Source of the DNA: a virus
Direction: 5' to 3' (one strand)
Length of the DNA: 64,000 nucleotides
Virus record (IMG/VR): IMGVR_UViG_3300020580_000001
Coordinates: 18,781-82,780 of that record
The translations under genes and the position numbers were made by a program. The notes under the pieces are model-generated. The model searched no databases and was not told the DNA's origin. It worked only from the letters and a program-made list of their open reading frames with translations. The number at the start of each line of letters is the position of its first letter. Position 1 is the stretch's first letter. This document shows positions 28,340 to 37,424 of this stretch, in pieces.

Positions 28340-30273
28340 CAGGCTAGCCTATCTAACGAACGCAATGTGCCGGCATGTATGGATTTCATATGCCTTGCTA
28401 TCTCGGATGCCGCGGTATGCGGATCGGTCGACGCTAGTTGTATATTTGTGACCTGCTTCCTAGATCCGATATTATTCACCCACTGCTTGCGAACTTGATG
28501 CGGATGCCCGAACGAATGCCGCAAAGGGGCTCCGTGTCTAACAAATATATCCAAGAAATCATTTAGAGTCCGCCCTTGAAGGTGGCCCTCCTTCCGCGTA
28601 ATCCCATAAGCAACTTTTGCTGCAACTTCTGGATTATTTAAATCCAACTTAGCGTGCCGTGGAAGCCCCGTCCATTGCTCAACCTGACGCGCATATTCAG
28701 CCGGGTCATTGCGGTCCGCGCGTGGGGCATATTTCTTAAGCTCGCCGGCTAATGTATCAACACCCTTCATATTTGCAAACATTGTTTTGTATCGAGATAA
28801 TTGTTCAATTATTGCATGCGCAGCATCCGCCGGTGTCTCAAATTTCTTAAATCCTCCTTCCTTGGCTCTAATATTGCCTAGATTAAATCCTCGAATATCA
28901 CTAGCTGCACCAGCGATTGGATGGAATGCGCCTTGTGCACCAGGAATGTTAAAATCCTGCCCTGCCCCCACGTTCTGATCGTGAGAAAATGGACCATAAC
29001 CGCCTTTCTTGATGTAATCTTGCGTTCCAGGCTCTGGCATGGCAAGTAGTGGTGTGGTTGGAGCTTTCTGAGCGTGCGTTTCCTCCTTCGGCATTCCCGG
29101 ATGCCAGCCGGGATGATCGAGGCCATAAGGATCGTCTCCCTCGGCCTTCCCAATGCCAGGAGTTCTATTCCAAAGCCGTTCCGCAGCAGCAGCTCCAGAG
29201 CCGCCAAGCGCATGCCCAGGATCTCCGGCAAATGCTTCGGCGCCTTCATATGCCGCCAGAAAGGCCACGCCACCAGGCAAGAGCCGGATCAATGCGCGGA
29301 TTCCAAGAAGTCCAGCAAGCTTCAGCGCCCACTTACCGGCGATGTAAACCGCCAGCGCGTCCAGCACATAGCGAACCGCATGCAAGCCACCATGCTGGCC
29401 GTCCGGCGAGCCCAGAAGTCGGTCGAGCGCCGCCGTTGTCCTATCTAGCCCGGCAGCGATTAGATGCACCGCAGGAACCGCTACAGGCTCGATGTCCCTC
29501 CAGGCAAGCACAAGCTGGTCGACAACCGTTGTTAGATCGGCAACGATCTCCTCGGAATGCTCATTGACCCACTTCGTCATGTCGTCGAGGACGATGCCAT
29601 ATTTGTCAAATAGCGCCGCGGCCATTTTGCGGCCAAGAGTCTCAAGCGAATCGCCAAGCGCGTCCAATGACCGGATTAGAGCAACCGCCTTCTCGGCCGC
29701 CTCCGGAAGATATTCATTGCTCTCCATCTGTTTTTGAAAATACGGATCGTAGACGGCACGGCCGCGGGCGAGAATAACATCCTCGTCCGTCTTCATCAGC
29801 TCGAGCATGCCGACCTGCATGTCGCCATGTTTGCGGCGCTCGGCCATCGCTTTCAAATATGCTTGATGGGCGGTTGCCGCATCTTTAAAATCTTCGTCTC
29901 TCAGTCCTAATTGCCTTTTTAACACATCCTTGTATTGAGGGTATAATCTAAGCTTTTCTGAGAATTTATCAAAATCAGCGTGAAATTTCTCTAAGGTCGT
30001 GCCGGACTGCACCATCGCCTTGCCGGCGGCATCAAGAGTCCTAATCGAGACATTTGCTTTTTGGGCTTCATAATATAGCTTGCTTAATCCGGCCGCGATC
30101 TTATCCGTCGCATATACAATTGCTGTAGCCGCCGCGGTAATTGTCGGCACAACAATGGCAACCGCCTCGGCGAGCGCATCAAATGCCTTCTCCGCCTCGC
30201 GCACTTCCGTCGAGGTCGGCCCCTTCATCGAGAGGCTGACCAAGTAATGTTCTAGTATATTAGGGGCGGCCAT
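28339..30273 (-). CDS. tape-measure-like protein 1 with a lysozyme-like C-terminal domain
   Basis: Follows the tail chaperones; ILEHYLVSL N-terminus; NLGNIR...F..FETP..., KYAP..D.NDP..YA..V. Confidence 0.75.
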   Translation of the reverse strand: MAAPNILEHYLVSLSMKGPTSTEVREAEKAFDALAEAVAIVVPTITAAATAIVYATDKIAAGLSKLYYEAQKANVSIRTLDAAGKAMVQSGTTLEKFHADFDKFSEKLRLYPQYKDVLKRQLGLRDEDFKDAATAHQAYLKAMAERRKHGDMQVGMLELMKTDEDVILARGRAVYDPYFQKQMESNEYLPEAAEKAVALIRSLDALGDSLETLGRKMAAALFDKYGIVLDDMTKWVNEHSEEIVADLTTVVDQLVLAWRDIEPVAVPAVHLIAAGLDRTTAALDRLLGSPDGQHGGLHAVRYVLDALAVYIAGKWALKLAGLLGIRALIRLLPGGVAFLAAYEGAEAFAGDPGHALGGSGAAAAERLWNRTPGIGKAEGDDPYGLDHPGWHPGMPKEETHAQKAPTTPLLAMPEPGTQDYIKKGGYGPFSHDQNVGAGQDFNIPGAQGAFHPIAGAASDIRGFNLGNIRAKEGGFKKFETPADAAHAIIEQLSRYKTMFANMKGVDTLAGELKKYAPRADRNDPAEYARQVEQWTGLPRHAKLDLNNPEVAAKVAYGITRKEGHLQGRTLNDFLDIFVRHGAPLRHSFGHPHQVRKQWVNNIGSRKQVTNIQLASTDPHTAASEIARHMKSIHAGTLRSLDRLA

Positions 30274-30472
30274 CGCGCTTGTTCATCGCCTCGTGCGCCC
30301 TGAATTGATTCTCGGCGTCCGCTTCGATCGCCTCGTTCAATTCGGCAATTTTGCAAAGATCATATGTTCCATCAAACAATTCACTGAACTTAATATGCCG
30401 GCTTATAACTGGCCGCATGATCCAATCTCGCCCATTCGGCAAAGATACAACATCATAATCTAGGTGCGGCAC
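30260..30472 (-). CDS. tail assembly chaperone, downstream (frameshift-product) ORF
   Basis: DWIMRPV......EL.DGTYDL..IA.LNEA; in the -1 frame of the upstream chaperone. Confidence 0.7.
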   Translation of the reverse strand: MPHLDYDVVSLPNGRDWIMRPVISRHIKFSELFDGTYDLCKIAELNEAIEADAENQFRAHEAMNKRDGRP

Positions 30473-30486
30473 ATGACTAGTAAATT

Positions 30487-30909
30487 CTAGCCTGTGCCTG
30501 GTAAAAAATTTTGGAAATTATCCTGTAGCACAGCAATGACAATACCGCCTATTTCCATCAGGCCGATATCGTCAAACATTGGCTGGTGCGCCGCTTCATT
30601 CCATACCTTTGCCCAGCCTTTGCCTGCAACCATTTTGCGTTCGCACGAACCCATGCATACGGCAATGAGAGCATGTGTCTTCTCCCGCGGCATATCTGCT
30701 ATTGAGGTTGCGATTTGCGAAACCACCTTTATTTGCAAAGTCCGTTTTGCTTCGCCAGAATCAACATCAGAGGAGGAATCTTTATCTAAGCCGATAAGAT
30801 CCTTAACGCTGACCAAAAGCGGCGATAGATCGAGCATTAAATCCAATTGATCCATTGCGGACAATTTTTTATTTTTGTAAGTTATTCCATTAATCTCGAA
30901 TTCAGCCAT
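30487..30909 (-). CDS. tail assembly chaperone
   Basis: EFEING..Y...KLSA..Q, MFDDI; lies between tube and tape measure. Confidence 0.8.
   Translation of the reverse strand: MAEFEINGITYKNKKLSAMDQLDLMLDLSPLLVSVKDLIGLDKDSSSDVDSGEAKRTLQIKVVSQIATSIADMPREKTHALIAVCMGSCERKMVAGKGWAKVWNEAAHQPMFDDIGLMEIGGIVIAVLQDNFQNFLPGTG
30502..30508 (-). promoter_or_regulatory. -1 ribosomal frameshift slippery site T TTT TTA
   Basis: AAT TTT TTA near the chaperone 3' end; the -1 frame is open and joins 30260-30472. Confidence 0.7.
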
Positions 30910-30910
30910 A

Positions 30911-31381
30911 TCACCCCGCTAGAATTGTCGTACTACCGGGACTGCCATCTCCGAGAGTTTCGTCAATAACCCCGGCATTAAATACCCAATCAAGCATCCC
31001 TCCTTCCCTGGCATTGACATTGTCAGGAATCTTTTTGATCGAGCACAAAAGACAAACGATCGTATCGCCACGGGTCGGATTGCGGACGGTAATCGTGCTG
31101 TTTCCGCAATTCGCGGAACTGTTCGTGGTTTGCTTATAAAGCGACGACATCAAAGAATTTGTGGGACTTGTTTTTTGTAGACGTATGGACACTGTACCTC
31201 CCTGTGCCGCATGAAGCGAGGTCATTGGTGTACCATCACAGCCCCATACGATTGTTGTCTTATCGCCTTCGAGCGCAATCGTAACTCCCTCTTCGGCAAT
31301 GCCTCCTCCGGGAGATATAGAGAATGATCCGGCCGGATCGGTAATCGCGACATTGACATCTGAAAAAGAATAAGTTGCCAT
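30911..31381 (-). CDS. tail tube protein (DUF3277 family)
   Basis: MATYSF.DV, AEEG.TI, G.DG..M.SLHA..G.V...L.KTSP.N. Confidence 0.85.
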   Translation of the reverse strand: MATYSFSDVNVAITDPAGSFSISPGGGIAEEGVTIALEGDKTTIVWGCDGTPMTSLHAAQGGTVSIRLQKTSPTNSLMSSLYKQTTNSSANCGNSTITVRNPTRGDTIVCLLCSIKKIPDNVNAREGGMLDWVFNAGVIDETLGDGSPGSTTILAG

Positions 31382-31385
31382 TTGA

Positions 31386-33206
31386 TTACCTATTCACGGT
31401 GATGATGACATTTACATAATGTACGGCCCCAGCGAGCTTAATCGCGCATTGGATCGGCACCGACTTACGAGCTTCTCGATCTGCCTGTGCCTGCGTTGCT
31501 ACTGGCGGCGCAAAGACGTAATAACCAAGGGTTAACGTATCCCCGGTATTTAACTGACCGAACGGAGGTCCGGTCCATCTTCCAGGTGCCACAAGACCAT
31601 TATTGACGGCTCCCTGCAAAGTATCATTGATCTCATTGACGATCTGATGCATACCTGGATCAGTTTGGGGAATTTTGGTTGGAGACTGATAAAGGAGATT
31701 ATAAACATTGGTCTGCACTGCATTCGCAAGCCAATCTGTTCCGTGGACCTCGTCAAAGAAAAATCCGTTAGCCATCACGCCTTGCTGAATAATTGCAGTA
31801 GCGTTTTGGAAGTTCACGAAGACATTACAATTTTTATTGGTTAATGTCTGGGCCTGCGATTCCGTTATGAATTCTGCAACAATCCCTGGCTCTTGCTTGA
31901 ATTTAAGAGTTATAACAGAATTATTAGCACTGAAATTGACAGTGAATGCACGACCGAATACTGAAGCCGCAGAATATGGGCTGGAAGACGAATATTGCTC
32001 AAACGTACGTTTGTATCCCAACACCTTTATGGAGCTGGCGATATCAGAGTTGTTTGTTGGATCGAGGACTCCCGGCGCCTGCGTCGAGACGCCAAATATG
32101 TGCGCCCTATTAGCGCCCTCGATATATCCAGCGACAGCAATATAGTCTGAATCGGCCGGCGGAGTTGCAGTGGCGAATGTTGCTCCGTACCACACACCGG
32201 AAAGATTATCTAGCACTCCGATGCATGCGAGAGCCGTCTCGGGATTTACGCCGATCACCGGAGCAGAAGCAGTACTCAATGTCGTATTAGTCAACACCGA
32301 AAGGTCTGTACCGCTTCCCCCGGTCAGCGTAGCGCCTGATACCGTAGCGGCTGATGCAGCCAATGTATAGGCATTTCCAGCCGTACCAGCCAAATCCGAA
32401 ACGACATAAACCTTTGTTCCGACCACATTCGGTATTGAAAGCGTCACTTTAGAAATATTAACATCTAATGACGGATTAGCAAACGCTACTAAATTAGCCA
32501 TTGTTGCGGCTGTCGTGCCACCAATCAGCACCTGATTGCCAGTCGGCCCAGAAGAAACAAATGTTACAACTGTGCCATTGATGGTAACCGAGGCACCAGC
32601 TAGTGGATTCACCGGGAAACTAATCCATCCACTTGCGGTTGGCGCACGTGCTGCGCTTACGGAGCTTGTAACTCCGGTCGTTCCAGAAGTAATATCAAAT
32701 CTTTGAATGTTGCTATTCCAAACAAATGTTGCCCCTGCCGCCAAAGTTTGCAATTCTGTTTGAATAGCCGATGCCACACCGTTGAGATTAAGCGCGCCAG
32801 TAAGTCCTATACCAGTCAATGAGCATGGCACGCCATCAACATAAACCAAAAAACCGCCATTAGATATTGATGTGAAATTGGAGAGAAGTTGCATAGTAGG
32901 CGACATCACACCACTATGAAGAATGCCGCTTGTGGCGAATTGTGCCCAGCGGCCGATATAACAAAACGCCGGCTGTGGACTTTGTGAAAAGAAGAGATCC
33001 GCCGCTAGCCACTCTGGAGAGGTTGTGCCAAAATCGCTTGTCACACCCGCAAGCGTCGTGTAGAGACGAATACGCTCGGTCGTATCGATTACCGGCGACG
33101 AGCCAATAATCACAAGACTGCCAAAATTAGAAAACGTCGCGGCGAGTGGCGCAATATTAACTTGAACATTGACGACGTCGGAGACGTTGAGGCCCGTGGG
33201 CGCCAT
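31386..33206 (-). CDS. tail sheath protein (DUF3383 family)
   Basis: L.VS.VVNV, ER.R.Y, YIGRW, ITLKFKQEPG, FFDEVHG.DW, KIPQTD.G, KLAGAVH. Confidence 0.9.
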   Translation of the reverse strand: MAPTGLNVSDVVNVQVNIAPLAATFSNFGSLVIIGSSPVIDTTERIRLYTTLAGVTSDFGTTSPEWLAADLFFSQSPQPAFCYIGRWAQFATSGILHSGVMSPTMQLLSNFTSISNGGFLVYVDGVPCSLTGIGLTGALNLNGVASAIQTELQTLAAGATFVWNSNIQRFDITSGTTGVTSSVSAARAPTASGWISFPVNPLAGASVTINGTVVTFVSSGPTGNQVLIGGTTAATMANLVAFANPSLDVNISKVTLSIPNVVGTKVYVVSDLAGTAGNAYTLAASAATVSGATLTGGSGTDLSVLTNTTLSTASAPVIGVNPETALACIGVLDNLSGVWYGATFATATPPADSDYIAVAGYIEGANRAHIFGVSTQAPGVLDPTNNSDIASSIKVLGYKRTFEQYSSSSPYSAASVFGRAFTVNFSANNSVITLKFKQEPGIVAEFITESQAQTLTNKNCNVFVNFQNATAIIQQGVMANGFFFDEVHGTDWLANAVQTNVYNLLYQSPTKIPQTDPGMHQIVNEINDTLQGAVNNGLVAPGRWTGPPFGQLNTGDTLTLGYYVFAPPVATQAQADREARKSVPIQCAIKLAGAVHYVNVIITVNR

Positions 33207-33219
33207 GATATTTCCTTAT

Positions 33220-33253
33220 AAAAAAAGCCCCGCTTGCTTTCGCAATGGGGCTT
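33220..33253 (-). terminator. intrinsic terminator upstream of the sheath gene
   Basis: AAGCCCC..TTGC-GAAA-GCAA..GGGGCTT hairpin followed by a T run on the minus strand. Confidence 0.65.
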
Positions 33254-33281
33254 AGAATTATCGATGATTGAATTTTAGCTG

Positions 33282-33911
33282 TTAAACCTGCGGGGGATTA
33301 GGCCCGGCACTGAATGCATTCGTATTGCCGGTATCGCCCTCAATCGTAATTGGAGCTGATAGAATATTGAGAACTGGATATGTGCGATCGATCTCGCGCC
33401 GGACACAAAATGTCAGATCGACACGGCGAAACCAAACCTCATTGATCAATTCCGATGTGTTGATTATTTTGCAATCCGAAGCGACGATATTCATGTTTTG
33501 TAAAAAGAACGATTCCCGATTTTGATCGACCGCAAGCCCGGCTCGGAACATGTTTGCATTGCCCCGTGAGTTCGGGCCATAGAAGCTCGCCATGACCTCC
33601 AGCACTTCATGACGGCGCTGCTCGTCATAGCCTTGCCCGGCCGGATCATTGGGATTGGATGGCTCGCCACGCCAATGCCGTGTATATGCGCTATATTCCG
33701 GCGTTTCGGAAAGGATGCCTACCCCACACCAATCAACCGTTGCCTCCGGCTGCTTGGGCGACGGTGTTTGCCAGCGCGGCCGAACCATAGGCCCAGGCAG
33801 GCCTGTCATGCCAACCACGGCGCCTTGCAAAAACGCATCGAGCGCGATATCTTCGATAGGTGGCGCACTTGACGGAACAAGATAGCCGCCGGTTGAGGAA
33901 TCGTTTGACAA
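33282..33911 (-). CDS. neck/tail terminator protein
   Basis: NDSSTGGYL.P, G.TGL...MVRPRWQ...P.QP, SFYGP. Confidence 0.8.
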   Translation of the reverse strand: MSNDSSTGGYLVPSSAPPIEDIALDAFLQGAVVGMTGLPGPMVRPRWQTPSPKQPEATVDWCGVGILSETPEYSAYTRHWRGEPSNPNDPAGQGYDEQRRHEVLEVMASFYGPNSRGNANMFRAGLAVDQNRESFFLQNMNIVASDCKIINTSELINEVWFRRVDLTFCVRREIDRTYPVLNILSAPITIEGDTGNTNAFSAGPNPPQV

Positions 33912-33955
33912 GGCATGTCCTAAATTGATAAGGAGTGATTACAAGGATACAAAAA

Positions 33956-34246
33956 ATGAGCAAAACATCAAAAATGATCCCGATCCCCAAAGGCGCAATA
34001 TTTACTATCACTACTGGAGAATATAGTGACTATTCCGTGCATGGCGTTTTCCGAGCTAAGGAAGATATCGATGTAGAGACATTGCGTGATTTATGGATCG
34101 TGGCCCACCCAGATCAGCAAGAAGATTACCATTTTGACGAGATTAAATTCCTAGCCTCGCTTAGCGGTATCTTGGAGCCAATTGATGCATTCGAATGGCA
34201 TCTGTCCAATTATTCATGTGTAAAAGAAATGAATGTATATAGATGA
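33956..34246 (+). CDS. hypothetical protein, opposite-strand insert
   Basis: ITTGEYSDY motif typical of small phage proteins; fills the gap between neck genes. Confidence 0.6.
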   Translation: MSKTSKMIPIPKGAIFTITTGEYSDYSVHGVFRAKEDIDVETLRDLWIVAHPDQQEDYHFDEIKFLASLSGILEPIDAFEWHLSNYSCVKEMNVYR

Positions 34247-34257
34247 GTCGTTACTCA

Positions 34258-34473
34258 TCAGCGCTGTTGACCATGAAGACAGACTTCGTCATATAGCGCC
34301 TTATGAAGCGCCTCGCTGAGTTCCTTAGCGGTAGCCATCCATGTTGCAGATATATCTGCCTCGACATAGGCGAGCATGGCTTCGTGAACCATGCGCTGCT
34401 TCGCTTCCAATGTGGCAATTCGCTGTTCGTAATGATGAAAATCAACGAACTTGGACTGATCATGATCGATCAT
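34258..34473 (-). CDS. phage hypothetical protein
   Basis: ATGA-coupled to the upstream gene. Confidence 0.5.
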   Translation of the reverse strand: MIDHDQSKFVDFHHYEQRIATLEAKQRMVHEAMLAYVEADISATWMATAKELSEALHKALYDEVCLHGQQR

Positions 34474-34841
34474 GGGCTTACCACCTTCAGCACACAGAGA
34501 GCCTCAATGAACCCAGCGCCCCATCCACTCCAGTCGCCAGTTGTCTTGACTTGATATTGACGACCATGCCATGTCACAACATCTGCATCCGTGGTGCCGG
34601 CGCCGTTGGTCAATCTAAATTTGGTAATGATGGTTATCGATCCGGAAAGCAATTCACCATCCGGCATCTTTATCAAATCAATATCGTCATTGGCGGTGAC
34701 GACGCCGGATATATTATTATAGATAACTGACGAATCGCTTGCTATCCCACCAAGCGTAATAGTCTGAGTAAATCTAGCAACCGAAAATCTGTCGGCAAAA
34801 TCAGGATCTGTTAGAATATCCGTAACGTCAAGGGATGGCAT
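34470..34841 (-). CDS. head-closure/head-tail joining protein
   Basis: MP.LDVTDIL.DPDF.D, D.V.W.G..Y.V....DWS.WG.GF. Confidence 0.8.
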   Translation of the reverse strand: MPSLDVTDILTDPDFADRFSVARFTQTITLGGIASDSSVIYNNISGVVTANDDIDLIKMPDGELLSGSITIITKFRLTNGAGTTDADVVTWHGRQYQVKTTGDWSGWGAGFIEALCVLKVVSP

Positions 34842-35323
34842 TATCGCACGATATAGGTAATGGCCCGCCTGAGCTGGCCAGTGTCAAGTAAGGGAGCAGT
34901 TCCGGTTCGTCCGCGAGCGCGCCGTGCCGCCAGCGTAGCTGGCTTCAATGGCTCAAACGGTCCATCTGTTATCTTCTTCTGAACCGATACTTGCGCAATA
35001 AGCCCGACCTTTTCTAGTTCCTGGTCGATTTGATCTTGCTTGCCGTGAAGCGCTAGTTGACCGGCTTTTTTCATATGAATTTCGATGTCGGCTCGCGCAT
35101 TGGCAATGCCCGGATGTAAAAATGGGCGAGCAGGAATATTTTTAGCGGGAGACCCATACTCATGAACATAGCCAAGGAGTGCATTTGTCGCCACCGTTGT
35201 CTCCCCCGGTTCCGGATCGCGCGCCGCGTTGGCCGCCGGAATGCCGACAAGGACCTCGCGTTTTAAAAGTCCTTCAAGAGCTTTTCGGAATTGCGCGGTA
35301 TGGCTTTTCTGTTCAATGTTCAT
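34841..35323 (-). CDS. virion morphogenesis/neck protein
   Basis: VLVGIP, NA.LGY.HE.GSP..NIPARPFL.PG, PL.DTGQL..AITY. Confidence 0.85.
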   Translation of the reverse strand: MNIEQKSHTAQFRKALEGLLKREVLVGIPAANAARDPEPGETTVATNALLGYVHEYGSPAKNIPARPFLHPGIANARADIEIHMKKAGQLALHGKQDQIDQELEKVGLIAQVSVQKKITDGPFEPLKPATLAARRARGRTGTAPLLDTGQLRRAITYIVR

Positions 35324-35763
35324 GGAACAAATTGCCAGTTAGGCGTTGGCCATCTATTCAGCGCCGCTGTTTGTCTGCCAGGAAAATAGACAAACCCACC
35401 ATTCGATATCATCATCCTATAAAGGCGCTGGCCATAAGAAGTCGCATTCCACATGCCGGCCCCCGGACTCTGATTGGCCGTAGTATCATAGCCAGCATGA
35501 ACTTTATCAACGCCTTTTGAATTAAGCGGCCCTGACGACTGGCCAGGAATGCCACCATTAGCCGTAATAGCCGCATCCCGCGCGGACAATACAAGATTAT
35601 GAGCAACAAAAAGCATTGCGGCTAAATCAAGTGTTACTCCGAAGCGGCATGCATTGAGTTGATTATATGCTTGTGGAATCCAGAAATTGATTTGCGCAAT
35701 TGGATAAGAGGGCGTATTAAATTCCGGGAACGCTGCGATAAAATCGGTTGCCAATATCGTCAT
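35320..35763 (-). CDS. head-tail adaptor (DUF4054 family)
   Basis: F...FPEF, L.VAH.L.L, G...SK.VD.V...YD, WN.T.YGQ. Confidence 0.85.
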   Translation of the reverse strand: MTILATDFIAAFPEFNTPSYPIAQINFWIPQAYNQLNACRFGVTLDLAAMLFVAHNLVLSARDAAITANGGIPGQSSGPLNSKGVDKVHAGYDTTANQSPGAGMWNATSYGQRLYRMMISNGGFVYFPGRQTAALNRWPTPNWQFVP

Positions 35764-36260
35764 GCAATCAATGGCCCATCATTTGGATCGATAACATGTG
35801 GAATACGTGGATCTGCGGGGACGCGCTGACCATTCCTGATGATCTTTTCAGGATTCAGCGGCTCTAGCCCACTACGCGCGGACTTGGCATTATTTTTCGC
35901 TCTATCTTCCACATCGGCCGGTTTTTCATTAGCAAACACTAACCTATTTACAATGAAATCAGACTTCTTGTTATCTTCTAACCATGCCTTCCATATATCG
36001 ATAGGCACATTATGAGTTATCGCATATCCTCCGATAATCTGCGCTTGATCCTCGCGCCGTGTTTTTGGAGGAGTACCGAGACCATTTATCGTGACCGTCT
36101 CCGGACGTTGCTGTGCAACTTTGATTAGGCGCTTGCCGCCATCATCGTATTTCTCAACCATATCAAAAGTGCGAAGTATCAATGGAAAAGGAAGTCGCGA
36201 CGCCACACTGACAGTTTGATTTGATGAGGAAGCGATCGGAGGATTAATGCCTTGCGCCAT
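35760..36260 (-). CDS. phage head-associated hypothetical protein
   Basis: V.VA..LP..L.L, GGYA.T.NV..D.W..WL..N, SGLE.L.P; directly after the capsid gene. Confidence 0.65.
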   Translation of the reverse strand: MAQGINPPIASSSNQTVSVASRLPFPLILRTFDMVEKYDDGGKRLIKVAQQRPETVTINGLGTPPKTRREDQAQIIGGYAITHNVPIDIWKAWLEDNKKSDFIVNRLVFANEKPADVEDRAKNNAKSARSGLEPLNPEKIIRNGQRVPADPRIPHVIDPNDGPLIA

Positions 36261-36262
36261 TA

Positions 36263-37354
36263 TTAGACCCCAACCATTTGGGCAATCGCAATCGGCATCT
36301 TGATCACGGCCCCCCAGGTTCCGGCAACAAGCTTTTGCTTGAAGCTGGAAGTCGCCCGAATCATCGGAGAAGCGCGCATTTTATCGGAGAATGCACAAAA
36401 CCCAGTATCTTGCCCATCAACCGAGTCTGCAATCAACTGTACAAGATTGCCGGCAAGGTTCCCTTGTGGATTCAATGTGGACTGTGCGCCGTATTGAACT
36501 GCGTCCTCGATTCTGATGTTCGGGAAATTATCCGCCATCAATTGCTTGGTAGTTACACCAAAGGAGTTCTCGGCGTTCATCGCCATTTTAGATACCGGCG
36601 ACATTGCAAGAACCATCTTAGATTCTGCATTCACCAACCCGGCTGTTTGCGAGACGAGTTGCGTAATGAGAGTTAGAATATCGTTATAAACCTCATTCGG
36701 CGAAGCATTAGGCGCATTTGTCGTGGTCATCCATGCCGTGCCGCCATTTTGTTTTGCCGCCGGAGTCAATGCCGCCGACAGGCTTGGGTCATTCAACAGA
36801 CCATAATTTCGCAAACCACTAATCCCGAAGAAATATGAGAAATTCAGAAACTTGTCGAGATTGTAGGCCGCCGCGCCATTGACCTCGGACACATAGTTTA
36901 ACCGAGCGAGGCCGGCAACTTCAAGCTCGCGATCGCCGACTTCCATCATCGTTTGATAGATATAATTCTGGCGATATTCCCATTGCGTGTTAATACCAGC
37001 ACGGCCATTTTCATTATAATCGCCGTAGGTCGAAACCTCGCCCGTGACTTCCAGCATTTGGATTTGCCAAGTGCTATCGATCCACGTCCCACGCTTGGTT
37101 TCACCAAAAATCTGCGCCGCCTTATTGAGCGCGAATTTCACCCGGACGATCTCCGGATCGAAATACGTAGTCAAATAGGCCGGAACGGATGAGTTAGGCG
37201 TTGTGAATAATGCGGGCTGCGCATCCATCGCCATTTGGAAGTTATGTCGATATTCATCCGGCAAATAGGCTTTGACATCCGGCAGCACAATACCGCGCGC
37301 TTCATGCATCGCCGCATGAGAGCGCCATGCCTGCATTGATTCCTGAACGTTCAT
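36263..37354 (-). CDS. major capsid protein (DUF2184 family)
   Basis: AMDAQP.L.T.PN..VP.YLT...DP, E.TG.V..YGD...NG, GLLNDP.L, GTWGA.I..P.AI..M.GV. Confidence 0.9.
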   Translation of the reverse strand: MNVQESMQAWRSHAAMHEARGIVLPDVKAYLPDEYRHNFQMAMDAQPALFTTPNSSVPAYLTTYFDPEIVRVKFALNKAAQIFGETKRGTWIDSTWQIQMLEVTGEVSTYGDYNENGRAGINTQWEYRQNYIYQTMMEVGDRELEVAGLARLNYVSEVNGAAAYNLDKFLNFSYFFGISGLRNYGLLNDPSLSAALTPAAKQNGGTAWMTTTNAPNASPNEVYNDILTLITQLVSQTAGLVNAESKMVLAMSPVSKMAMNAENSFGVTTKQLMADNFPNIRIEDAVQYGAQSTLNPQGNLAGNLVQLIADSVDGQDTGFCAFSDKMRASPMIRATSSFKQKLVAGTWGAVIKMPIAIAQMVGV

Positions 37355-37375
37355 TTAAAAGGACTCCTTAACAAT

Positions 37376-37397
37376 AAAAAACCCCGCTATTGCGGGG
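37376..37397 (-). terminator. intrinsic terminator upstream of the capsid gene
   Basis: CCCCGC-AATA-GCGGGG followed by TTTTTT on the minus strand. Confidence 0.6.
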
Positions 37398-37424
37398 CCG
37401 CTTCCACGTTGCTTATATAATTAT

